This document shows, in pieces, positions 53,901 through 64,000 of a stretch of DNA of 64,000 nt. Under the pieces are notes generated by a model. It did not search any database. It saw only the letters and a list, made by a program, of their open reading frames with translations, and was not told where the DNA came from. The stretch spans positions 164,283-228,282 of the forward strand of contig NMRA01000552.1 of assembly GCA_002633005.1 (NCBI GenBank), in the 5' to 3' direction. The position numbers and the translations under genes were made by a program. Source of the DNA: Phoronis australis. Taxonomy: Eukaryota > Animalia > Phoronida. Each line of letters begins with the position of its first letter. Positions within the stretch are counted from its first letter, which is position 1.

Positions 53901-56900
53901 CTTCGTGGCCAGTGTCACCCCTGCAACAACCAAATACACAGGAATTACATGGTAGAGTTTTTGACCAAGTAAAGGAAATACACTGAAAATGAATTGTCAG
54001 TAAATTTAGTACAAACTCCTATTTCAGACACCCAGAACAAGTTGTTTCACTCTTCAGACAAATAACAAACTTTTAACTAATTTATCTGTGAAAGTAATCA
54101 TTCCATTTTTGATATCTTGCATGTTATTTTGAGATTTTCCACAAAGGTACCATCGGCTTTGTAAACCGCTAAATTGTTTACAAGACCGTGCAAAATAACG
54201 TGTAAAACACTACTTAAATGTATTGAACGACTGGCAGGATCAATGACATGATCAAATTCCGTATAATAAAAATGTTGAAGATGAAATCTCAAAAAGCTGT
54301 TGCAGTTTTCTAAATTATTACTTTGTTTTCATTCTAAGCAACTTCAATTTTTTCATAAAAATCATATAAGTCCTAATTTTGACAGCCACTCATGCAAAAG
54401 TTCAAATGTACTTTGGAGAACAGTGTATCAAGCACAGTATCTGAAAGTTGTATGTAAATCTGATTAGCCATAGCTGAATAGGAGAAACAATGTTATGAAG
54501 CTGGCCAAAATCAGACATTTTTCTAGGGTCCAACATAACCCTAATCTCTCCTTTCCCTCTCAGTCATTGACTGTATAGATGTCTCCAATGATTCCACCTG
54601 TCAGCAATGACAATGGTTAAAGTTATAACTAACCAAAACGTTTACTCAACCATTCATCATCACCTTCCTGTTAAACCTTGTCCTTCTCAATTGGATGTCA
54701 CTAGCCTTTTTCATAACTAAACATCCAAGCGCACATTACAAACCATCCCTTACCGAATAATTCTCAACAGCAGCATCAGGAACTCGTGCTTCTCAAAGCC
54801 ATTCTCCAGCCCCTCCACAATATCTGTGTTGTCCCCTGGTATGGCAGCCCCCAGTAGGCCCATGATCTTCTCTTGAGAGTGAAGGGCAAAAGCTTCCTCC
54901 TGCTGCAACATGACCTTCTCAGACATGTCCTCCTGCATGGCTGTAAGAAACATAATACAAATGGTAGGATTCAGTATTCGTTGAGGATCCACAATCTGCC
55001 ATTTAAAAGACAGTGGGCAACATAAGAGGATTTGTTTTGGCAGAGATAATCATTTCACTTCTCATTTCTCACCTAAAAATTCTATGGAAATCTTAAACCT
55101 AAAAATTATGAAATTTTTGGGACACTGGTGTACAACATATAAACGTATAAACGAAACACATACAACTAAATAGCCGAAGCCAGCCTACCTTCTGTCTCTG
55201 CCTGCTTCTTGCCCGGTTCATGTTGCAGACACTCCGTGACTAACATGAGACAGTGATTCAATAGCTGCACAGCGGACGCAGTGTATTCACTACCACGCTC
55301 ACACGAGTATGCCAGCCCAGCCATAGTGAGAGTGAGGCTTGAGAACTGTAGCCATACATGTTGGTGGATGTAGGCCTGGAGGTCAGAGTCTACCTTGTTA
55401 CTACTCTTAACTGAAACACAAACGAGTGATACATGATCAGCTAAGTAAAGTTTCCTCAATTTATAATAGATTATGACAGACAAGATAAAAGCAGTTTTAC
55501 AAGATTTCTCAATAAAAAGATATTTTAAAAGAAGAAAACATTTTCCAGACTTCTCAACAAGAATATATTTTACATGAAAACAAATTAATTTGATTCATTT
55601 TAGGACAATAATGTACAATACACCTGTCATTGTACATTGTGTACAATACACCTGTCATTGTAATTGTCACATTGTGTACAATACATCTGCCATTGTCCAT
55701 GTCACATTAACTTGTGATATCTTGAACATCATGCAATGACCATTTAATGTTTAACAAATGACAAGTAGATTTCTTTTTTGTTCAGTTTTTAATTAACTTT
55801 ACCATACCCATTTATGTTTATATCATAAGTTACCAGGCATAACTTTTTGTACAATTGCTTTAAGTCTTCAAATTGCTAGGATTAATCATTCATTGTTAGC
55901 TGCAAGGGTCACATAGATACCGACAAGGATTTAGAGGAATTGTAATACAGTAAATAAATTCAATCTATAAATGACTTCTAATAGAAACATGATATATTCA
56001 AATAATGAAAAGGAGAAAGTATGATGCCCGATCACCAATATCAACTGCAGGATCTCAATCTGGAGACACAGCTTGAAGTAAGATCAAAAACCTGTCATGA
56101 GTGGACTTAGTAGTGAGTATTAGTGGCTTACAGGGGTCCCACATTTTAAGAATCAGCTTGACGCCTGTTATTCAGTGGATAAAAGAGGTTCTTAAAATGC
56201 TGGACTCCTTTAAGTGACTATTGCCTATAACAGGGATCCATACAGGGAAACAGGGATGCATTCAAAGTTGTCGTTATTCATAATTTATTTGTTTAATATT
56301 AATTACCTCTACCTGCTGCTGTCCTGTACATGCTGTATAACAATTCTAACAAGATCCTCCTGGAAACCAGTGTTCATTGAGTAGGACAACCAGAATAGAT
56401 AAATTCTAATGAATTGAATAAGTAATATAATGTACAAAAAACTTGATACGCACGCTTCACTTGAGGGAACTTGATAGTTCCGTGGTCAGATGTATGGCTG
56501 AAACAGATGTGGAAGCAATAACTTAATTATTTGCTGAGATTCTACAATTCGGTGGACATCACGTCATATAAACATAGTGACATGTGACTCAGAACAAAAG
56601 GGTTGTTCAAGGACTGAAACCATCCATTTGGAAAATGTTGAAACTATCTTAAAGGAATGAGTTCATATTAGCTAAATTGCATCTTGAAAATTCAAAAATA
56701 TTAGAGGCATTCACAGCTTGTCTGCTCACTATCATCTGAAGACTTTATTAACAAATATCCATTTTGAAACAGCTTCAGAGTAAATAAAACACATTTCTCA
56801 TGTGCAAATAATGAGTATTCAACAAACAATAAAGGTAAGTGCTGCCAACACCTACCCATTAGATGAAGACTTCTTGTTATGACATCCTAAACACAGGTCA

Positions 56901-59900
56901 TAGTCTTCGCACATAGTGCAGTGGAAGCGCGTGCCTGCGATGAAGGCTCGACATTCGTCACACTTATACCTGCACAAAAATAACAGAATTCAAAACAAAC
57001 GACCTTTTAGATTCAGTGTTTAAGTATACAGTACATGAAAAAAACATAATTTTGACAGAGTTAGTTTAAGAAAATAACTGATGAAGAGATCATTTATAAC
57101 CAACTCAGGTGCAATATATATGTGAAGGGATAAAATTATTCACAAAGATCTTTCTGATGTATTAATAAAAACTTTGTACTGGGGGTAATCGTAACTAGCG
57201 CATTCTGTGGACAGGGTGCAGTCAGGATGAACAGATAGGTTATATAGTTGGGAGTTAAACCCATGAGAGGCATATTTTTCATATTTTCACAGATTATGGA
57301 AGTCAAAGATGTTGCTCGGTGTAAAAGATCAACAGAATTATCCTAGATTGCTTGTTTTATGAAAGATGCACCAAAATACATTGAACAAAGTATTTCATGA
57401 CCATATATGCTTGAATCCCTTGTAACTGCATCGAGCATTGAATTAACAAACCAAACTAGAACATAAAATGAAGCACCGTCAATTTCAGCTTATCAAGTTT
57501 AATGTTCAGCAATGACTCGTGGTTTCTCTCCAAGCTCAAAGTAAAACCTAAGGCCAATTATAACGCACAAAGTGGTCTTTCATATAAAAGTTTAAAATTT
57601 TTATGAGATGTATCATTGAAGGCAGGTGCACATGGATATCAAGATCAACACACAAAACACGGTCAATATAACAACACTCAGGTAACCAATTTCGTGCAAC
57701 TAACATCAGATGCACAAATTCATGGTCCTCTGTATGTTCACCACCAGGGGTCACTCCACCCATATAGCACGACGAGCACAGGTCCTTGTCTTCACACTGC
57801 AGACAGCGGTAGCGAGGACCAGGCAAGGTGGCATCACAACCGTCACAGTTGATCTCCACATCAAGAAGATCAGAGAAACGAGCCACAAACATCTGCTTGG
57901 CCTGGAAATGACAAAGTAATATTTCGTTAAATGAATCATTCACTTTGAATCCATTTGAAACTAATATTCAGCGGTAAATGCGACTTTGTTTTTATGCTCT
58001 GCATTGCAAGTCACACAAAGTGCTTAATTACAAGTTATATCAACACAATTTCTAAAATCTACAGGTTTATTTTAGGAATACATCAAGTGCAATGCACCTC
58101 TAACAGCTCCACACAGCCTTTGTCCAATCCATAACAAACAGAACCACACTGGAATCTGTTCATTGTGTGATATACTTTTCCTTCCAACAAAATAACACAG
58201 AATTCCCCTATCATTAGAGTTTTAAACACCAATTCCACACTACTGTAATGTAAGTGCCTGGGTACATATGGTGCACTCGCTGTTTCACCAAAATTCAAAC
58301 AGAATAGTTTACATAAAAGGATAATAACCAAAACCGGTAATGAGTGTGCAAGAGACATTACACTCTCAAAACCAACACTTACTCTCTTCTCATCCACATT
58401 GCTAGTGTTGATCTTGTTGAACCAAGTGGAAAAGCCATGACGACACTCCTCAAACCACTTCAGACACTGTTCATACTCTGCCAACTCCAGCGCCTCGTCA
58501 TTTTCCTTCTCTACTGATTCATCACGCATCGTCACCGTATCTGTCATGTGACAACACCATACCAGAATAAAGTATTAGTTGAGAACTTGCATCATGCACT
58601 AATTAGTTACTACATCAACAGGCAATCAACAAATTAGACACCTGTCACTGCCAATCTTAAAAAACAAATCTCGTTATCAACCAACACTATTTCTAATTTC
58701 TTACATTTCCAAAACAGTTAAAACCTTTTCACTACAATTGTAGTAAATGTTTAATGTTGCATAGACACATCTAACGACCAAGAAAATGAACAGCGATGTT
58801 TCTAAACAATTCTCACACAAGCATAGTGTCAACTATATTCAACTATATTAGTGTATTTGGGATTGTTTACACAAAGTCCTATGATAGCACCTCTCAACTC
58901 AGAAACAAATTCATGCACCCTGCAAATTTTATTGCTTGCTCTAAATGCTTCAAACCAAAGACAGATGTTACCAAAACTATTAAATGGAACATTGGGGACA
59001 CTCTATTAGAGGTTCAATTTGAGCTGAGTAGAAAATGAAAATTTTGGCCTCACCAATTTTGTATAGTAAGCCTCACAGCATTTATTCCGAAAATGGCACT
59101 TTGTAAGAATGGACCAAGTATAAACATCATAAACCGGAAATATGACTTTGCATGTGTTTAGTAGTGATGGCAATGTGGCAAAAATGGTAATGATTCAGTT
59201 GAAGTTGTGTCAAAAAATAATCCATGTACATAGTTACGAAAACAAACATTATGTCTCCCATAAAACAATACATTAATCAAATACTGGTAGGCTCCAAAAC
59301 ACTGCCCAGGGGCCTACAAATAAAAGATATCCAAACACAGGCCAATGGGTTGCATGCATTCAGGAGTTCCTATCAGACATTAACAGAGACGAAATATGCA
59401 CTCATTGACAAGCACACTTAATATTTGAAGGCAAGCCTTTATAAGAAAGTCAAACAAAATCCATATAGCTTACTTTGAGCAATCCAGAAGAGCAAGGATG
59501 GGAGGTCAATGTCCAATAGAAAGGTCAGATCATACAGCTGCCAATCCATATCAAGGAGGTGGAGCAAAGCAATTAGGATGTAGTCGAAGGTTGAAGCCAC
59601 GCCTACCGAACTGTAGAATAAAACAATCTATGTTATAATTGCTATTCACAGAAATAGTATTCAACTACATGTTTTAGTGTCTCAGAAAAAGGACCAGAAT
59701 TGTCAACTGACTATTGTTTGTGTGAGACCAAGATGAACAAGACAAAGATGACGAAAAAAACAAAAAATAAAAGAAGAAAGTAATGGCACAAATTCACATG
59801 AAGCAGAGATTGTGCCACCTAGATGTGAAATCAAACATCTATCTTATCATACTGAATTACTCTATACTCTATAACAAAAGCATCATTATTCAGTACTAAT

Positions 59901-62164
59901 TTGTTATCAAATCATTCAAAATTTATTTATCCCATGCTGAAATGTCAAAACCAAGGTACTGCTCATAACAAAAGTTACCCGTACACAACTATCCCAGAAT
60001 CACTGTCTTGTGATAATGTCCCAACACTGTCCATAATCTGTCAAAGACAACAGCATGCTGTGGATTTTGGTACTTTAACACACTACCCGCACACAACTTA
60101 CCCTGGATCACTGGGTCGTGAGAATGTCTTGACACTTTCCCTAAGACAGCGTATCAGACCATAGTATGCCTGTCGAACCTTAGACTCGAGTGACAGTCCA
60201 CAGCCATCCAACATGTCTGCATAGTGCTTAGCAAACAAATGTTGGTTTGCCAACAACTCTTGGAGAAACACCACACTGGGGACCTGGACAGTTGACAAAA
60301 CAAGTACAGATTGTTTGACACATTTTGTGCAAGAACATACCATGAGGCCAACATCATTAAACAAAACATTTTTAGCAAGTACCAGGGCTTGGAATGACCA
60401 ATGACAAAAAACGCGGAAAGCCTTGAAGTACTTTAAATGTATCTCAGATACTTACTAAACAGTGATACTTTAGTTTGTAAACATACTTAAAGTGACAACT
60501 GCAAATTATTCACTGTAAGCGAGTACAGTGAATGTAATGTTGCAAGACTATGCAACAGTATCCAGATGAATGCATCTCAACTATTACGCTGTTAAACAAT
60601 GCAGTTCTACACTCAGCCACCACCCGCCGAACGATTACGTGACAATTTAACTGTATGTATTTTAGAACTTCAAGATTTTACCTTAATTTTACTTTATTAA
60701 TTAATGTAATACAGATGCAAATGTATTAAATAACAAACTTGGAACAATTTACGACAACAAACGGCAAGCCTTCAAGTAGTACTTCAATGTATTTCTCTAC
60801 TATCAGCTGTAGCACTCCACCATAAACAATGATACTATCACAGTTACAATATACAACTAGGCATCAGCCACATTGTTGTTTCCCCCAAATCTCATAGTTT
60901 TTATCAATAACGTGACATGTAAAATGATACCATGATAAATTATCTACTCTTGCATGCCAGGACAATTACCTGAAATATGTGACTTGTCTTGCAGATGTTG
61001 ATGAATTCTGCAGCGAACACGTATACGTCAGCAACAGCTCCAGCCAGTTTTGACCTTTCTTGCAGACATAGACTAACTTTGTCCTTGGACCACAGAGGGT
61101 TCCTCACAAACTCCATAACAAGTTTGAAGGCTGGGTACTTCTCTGACAACATGCTGTCAAACTTAAGAATGGAAAACAGTAACTGTAACAACTACTAAAT
61201 TCAAGTAGACAACACCAATGCACCTTTTCCACAAACATTTTATTCCTGGCATGAGACGTTATTTCTGGGACCACGCTCTACAAGTTCACGTGCCACGACA
61301 TGCCACTTTATTCCTAGCATGAGAAGTAATTTCTGGGACCACGCTCTACAAGTTCACGTGCCACGACATGCCACTTTATTCCTAGCATGAGAAGTAATTT
61401 TTGGGACCACGCTCTACAAGTTCACGTGTCATGACGTGTCATTTTATTCCTAGCATAAGACATTATTTCTGGGACCACACTCTAAAAGTTCACGTGTCAT
61501 GACGTGTCATTTTATTTCTAGCATAAGACATTATTTCTGGGACCACACTCTACAAGCTCACGTGTCATGACTTGTCATTTTATTCGACAAGCATGGTCTC
61601 AAGGAGCAACGAACTGTCAATTTTTTGCAGGACCAAAAATCACTTCTCATCTGAGGAAGAAGCCAATTTTTAACGGTAAGTAGCCCAAATCAAACATGAT
61701 ATTCTTTGACAGAGGGAAGGTTTATTGCCACTTTTAAGATACAAGGGTCATTGTGGCGTAATATGAGCATAACGCAGATAAAAAACAGTAACTCAAAGAG
61801 TCTACAGTTGCAAAGTTCTTTAGCAACAAGGCAAAAAATTGATTTATAACTTAATATCGCCTCTTCAATGCTGTCACAATGCCAATGGTGGTATAAAGAA
61901 TATCAAACACATTAAGTACACAGTTACTTCTTGTTGTTTTGTACGTGACACCTGATCCACACATAGTCAATTACATTCAATGCAGATAAACTGACACTAA
62001 CACTTGTCTCACCTTGTAACCTTTGTCCAACTCTGCAGACACCCGCTTGTGTAATCTACTTTTACTGAGTTTCACAGCCCTGCTCACACGTTCTGGCTTC
62101 AGCTCAACTTTATTTAATCCAGCAAACTGGAGCAAGAACATCGCTTTATCTTTGCATGCCGTCA
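44844..62164 (-). CDS. ZZEF1: ZZEF1-like (zinc finger ZZ-type and EF-hand domain protein 1), 20 intact internal exons; 5' part beyond window
   Basis: Phase-consistent GT-AG exons encoding tandem ZZ fingers and ZZEF1-typical blocks ALLHLLDMDW, GLEWACSVAQIL, LKHFTDKHR, GTGFSKQWLLKDLEILSLMLYS, ILRAIYEL. Confidence 0.9.
45593..45727 (-). CDS. ZZEF1-like exon
   Basis: ILSLMLYSRDK..LDDMAKICFE. Confidence 0.88.
46583..48265. mobile_element. Non-autonomous Kolobok-like DNA transposon
   Basis: TTAA on both flanks; TIRs AGGAGCATGCCACCC / GGGTGGCATTCTCCT. Internal decayed exon 47714-47883 GYHFEQ*YSDEEILERR resembles the N-terminus of the Kolobok accessory (KolX) protein. Confidence 0.85.
48311..48495 (-). 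CDS. ZZEF1-like exon
   Basis: SVETLWVLSLCLK..GTGFSKQWLLKDLE. Confidence 0.9.
49253..49364 (-). CDS. ZZEF1-like exon
   Basis: VTDGCIEV..IIARMKS; phases fit. Confidence 0.85.
50079..50210 (-). CDS. ZZEF1-like exon
   Basis: VLSVG..VVLKHFTDKHRSILVDCKTRRRQT. Confidence 0.9.
50492..50663 (-). CDS. ZZEF1-like exon
   Basis: SGLEWACSVAQILQQL..IFALFVLAGYPE. Confidence 0.9.
51031..51728. mobile_element. hAT-type MITE with internal 20-bp tandem array
   Basis: TIRs CAGTGCTCGA / TCGAGCACTG; (TTTGGCAACCTCAGGTTGTG)x6.5 at 51041-51171 and a degenerate array at 51601-51680; flanks ATGCT/ATGTT. Confidence 0.85.
51769..51851 (-). CDS. ZZEF1-like exon
   Basis: VQQEVTEEQEEKNIVDFLFSFGAMCLE. Confidence 0.85.
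52010..52226. repeat. 30-bp minisatellite (~7 copies)
   Basis: Unit ~TGTGTCAGACACAGTACCCACAATGCAAAA. Confidence 0.9.
52398..52548 (-). CDS. ZZEF1-like exon (PAH-like domain, second half)
   Basis: MDASKVKANSMSILEDQPELLESFDAFIND.. Confidence 0.82.
52979..53163 (-). CDS. ZZEF1-like exon (PAH-like domain, first half)
   Basis: ..HLRFLGQVKDYFTDKPEVQLEFFHNIAQFKAG. Confidence 0.82.
53833..53920 (-). CDS. ZZEF1-like exon
   Basis: GDTGHEVITQHMAMGLIVRLLQRFTHADS. Confidence 0.82.
54754..54940 (-). CDS. ZZEF1-like exon
   Basis: ..FALHSQEKIMGLLGAAIP..FLMLLLRII. Confidence 0.85.
55189..55410 (-). CDS. ZZEF1-like exon
   Basis: LQAYIHQHVWLQFSSLTLTMAG.. Confidence 0.88.
56454..56497 (-). CDS. ZZEF1-like mini-exon (end of ZZ2)
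   Basis: HTSDHGTIKFPQVK supplies the final H..H ligands. Confidence 0.8.
56856..56969 (-). CDS. ZZEF1-like exon (ZZ finger 2)
   Basis: YKCDECRAFIAGTRFHCTMCEDYDLCLGCH. Confidence 0.93.
57705..57901 (-). CDS. ZZEF1-like exon (ZZ finger 1)
   Basis: CDGCDATLPGPRYRCLQCEDKDLCSSCY..HTEDH. Confidence 0.94.
58383..58540 (-). CDS. ZZEF1-like exon
   Basis: TVTMRDE..EYEQCLKWFEECRHGFSTWF.. Confidence 0.87.
59474..59610 (-). CDS. ZZEF1-like exon
   Basis: ALLHLLDMDWQLYDLTFLLDIDLPSLL. Confidence 0.9.
60102..60283 (-). CDS. ZZEF1-like exon
   Basis: VFLQELLANQHLFAKHYADMLDGCGLSLESKVRQAYYGLI. Confidence 0.88.
60970..61161 (-). CDS. ZZEF1-like exon
   Basis: FDSMLSEKYPAFKLVMEFV..SHIFQ. Confidence 0.87.
61238..61585. 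repeat. 68-bp minisatellite (5 copies)
   Basis: GGGACCAC recurs at 61267, 61335, 61403, 61471 and 61539. Confidence 0.92.
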
Positions 62165-63434
62165 CTACAAGAAATAAAACTGGATACCCTCAGGTAGTCA
62201 CTCAAACATATGGTGACAGGTCTGTCTAAATTGGTCTGAAATACCATGTGGTAATTTAGCAGAACATTTCAACTGATCAGTAATTTCTCTGTTAGTGTGC
62301 ACAAAACTGGTAGCCAAACTGACATTTTCCCTGTTATTTTCAAAGGCTGAGTTACGAAAATTTTACCAGGCTCTGTTTTATGAGTGGTGTAGTACTAGAC
62401 ATACTTACTACTTACTAATTTTACCAGGCTCTGTTTTATGATAGTGGTGTAGTACTAGACATACTACTTACTAATAAAGCAATAGTGTCATTGTGTTTAT
62501 CTGGGAAATTTGACAAAATAAAGTGCCACTTGTCTGCCATATTGTGAGTGAAATACCTCATCAANATGATATTCTTTGACAGAGGAAAGGTTTATTGCCA
62601 CTTTTAAGATACAAGGGTCATTGTGGCGTAATGTGAGCAAAACGCAGATAAAAAACAGTAACTCAAAGAGTCTACAGTTGCAAAGTTCTTTAGCAACAAG
62701 GCAAAAAAATGATTTATAAATTAATATCGCCTCTTCAATGCTGTCACAATGCCAATGGTGGTATAAAGAATATCAAACACATTAATTACACAGTTACTTC
62801 TTGTTGTTTTGTAGGTGACACCTGATCCACACATAGTCAATTACATTCAATGTAGATAAACTGACACAAACACTTGTCTCACCTTGTAACCTTTGTCCAA
62901 CTCTGCAGACACCCGCTTGTGTAATCTACTTTTACTGAGTTTCACAGCCCTGCTCACACGTTCTGGCTTCAGCTCAACTTTATTTAATCCGGCGAACTGG
63001 AGCAAGAACATCGCTTTATCTTTGCATGCCGTCACTACAAGAAATAAAACTGGATACCCTCAGGTAGTCACTCAAACATATGGTGACAGGTCTGTCTAAA
63101 TTGGTCTGAAATACCATGTGGTAATTTAGCAGAACATTTCAACTGATCAGTAATTTCTCTGTTAGTGTGCACAAAACTGGTAGCCAAACTGACATTTTCC
63201 CTGTTATTTTCAAAGGCTGAGTTACGAAAATTTTACCAGGCTCTGTTTTATGAGTGGTGTAGTACTAGACATACTTACTACTTACTAATTTTACCAGGCT
63301 CTGTTTTATGATAGTGGTGTAGTACTAGACATACTACTTACTAATAAAGCAATAGTGTCATTGTGTTTATCTGGGAAATTTGACAAAATAAAGTGCCACT
63401 TGTCTGCCATATTGTGAGTGAAATACCTCATCAA
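61696..63434. repeat. 869-bp near-identical tandem duplication joined at a single N (likely assembly artefact)
   Basis: 61696-62564 vs 62566-63434 differ by scattered SNPs; N at 62565. Confidence 0.9.
62013..62164 (-). CDS. ZZEF1-like exon (duplicated at 62883-63034)
   Basis: TACKDKAMFLLQFAGL..LDKGYK|gtgaga. Confidence 0.85.
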
Positions 63435-64000
63435 TCATGCACAGCTTATTATTATTAAGTTCTTCCATATAAAGATGTTGTGAGGCAATCAGAGATATCT
63501 TTAAGAGAACGAACGTGGAGAGTCAGACTAGAGAAGCTTTAAGGGCAACTTCAACACTGTTGAATACGGAAACTCAGTGTGCATTGAGTACTTAACTCTA
63601 ACAGCCAAACAAACCTTTCAGAATACTCAGATCCATGAGCTAGGTACTGCTACAATATAAGGTTACATGAACACATGTTTAAAAAAAAACATTAAAAACA
63701 CCAGTGCTAACTACCGAAAATCCCAGACATGATTTTTGGTCATTTTTATCAAAATTTTAGTTCAGAATACGGTAAATGACCGTATAAGAACTTTTTCACT
63801 ATCAAAAAACAACATTTTGCAAAAAAATGCATGATCACATGACCACGAGAAAGGTAGTGTTGTGAATGACATGATCTGATTTCAATTGTCTCGATTCCTA
63901 GTTTCAGAAAACATACACTTTATCATTTAACTGCTGCTAGTTACTTAACAGGCAGTTCAAATGGAAGACAACATTTTAAATAGGAGTACACATATCCTGA

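Noticed and set aside
56313-56359. Extra 47-bp ZZEF1 exon with plausible splice sites
   Set aside because: Flanking exons already join in phase, and inclusion would shift the frame.
61238-61585. CRISPR-like or structured RNA array
   Set aside because: Whole 68-bp units are repeated with no unique spacers; an ordinary minisatellite.
62883-63034. Mutually exclusive duplicate ZZEF1 exon
   Set aside because: Identical peptide, near-identical introns and a junction at an N indicate an assembly overlap.

Overview
Eukaryotic (metazoan, probably invertebrate) intron-rich, repeat-rich DNA with two convergent multi-exon genes. (1) On +, the 3' half of an ABCC/MRP1-like ABC transporter: 11 phase-consistent exons at 8361-36247 encoding linker, TMD2 and NBD2, with a GC-AG last intron. 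(2) On -, a ZZEF1-like gene with intact exons from 62164 to 44844 and two ZZ fingers. It carries an unexpected Sin3-type PAH-like domain, and its downstream exons (44072-36842) are partly frameshifted or stopped; the C-terminus was not found. Introns hold a young, compact Ty1/copia element (20425-24640) whose single ORF runs from LTR to LTR with one nonsense mutation. They also hold an Academ-like remnant with ~660-bp coding inverted repeats, two dead hAT transposases, Kolobok-, Tc1- and Helentron-type non-autonomous elements, MITEs with 5-bp TSDs, a solo LTR rich in heat-shock elements, LINE 3' ends and a decayed C2H2 zinc-finger gene. An 869-bp duplication at a single N is probably an assembly artefact. 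All calls come from manual reading and translation; family assignments rely on remembered motifs, not database searches.
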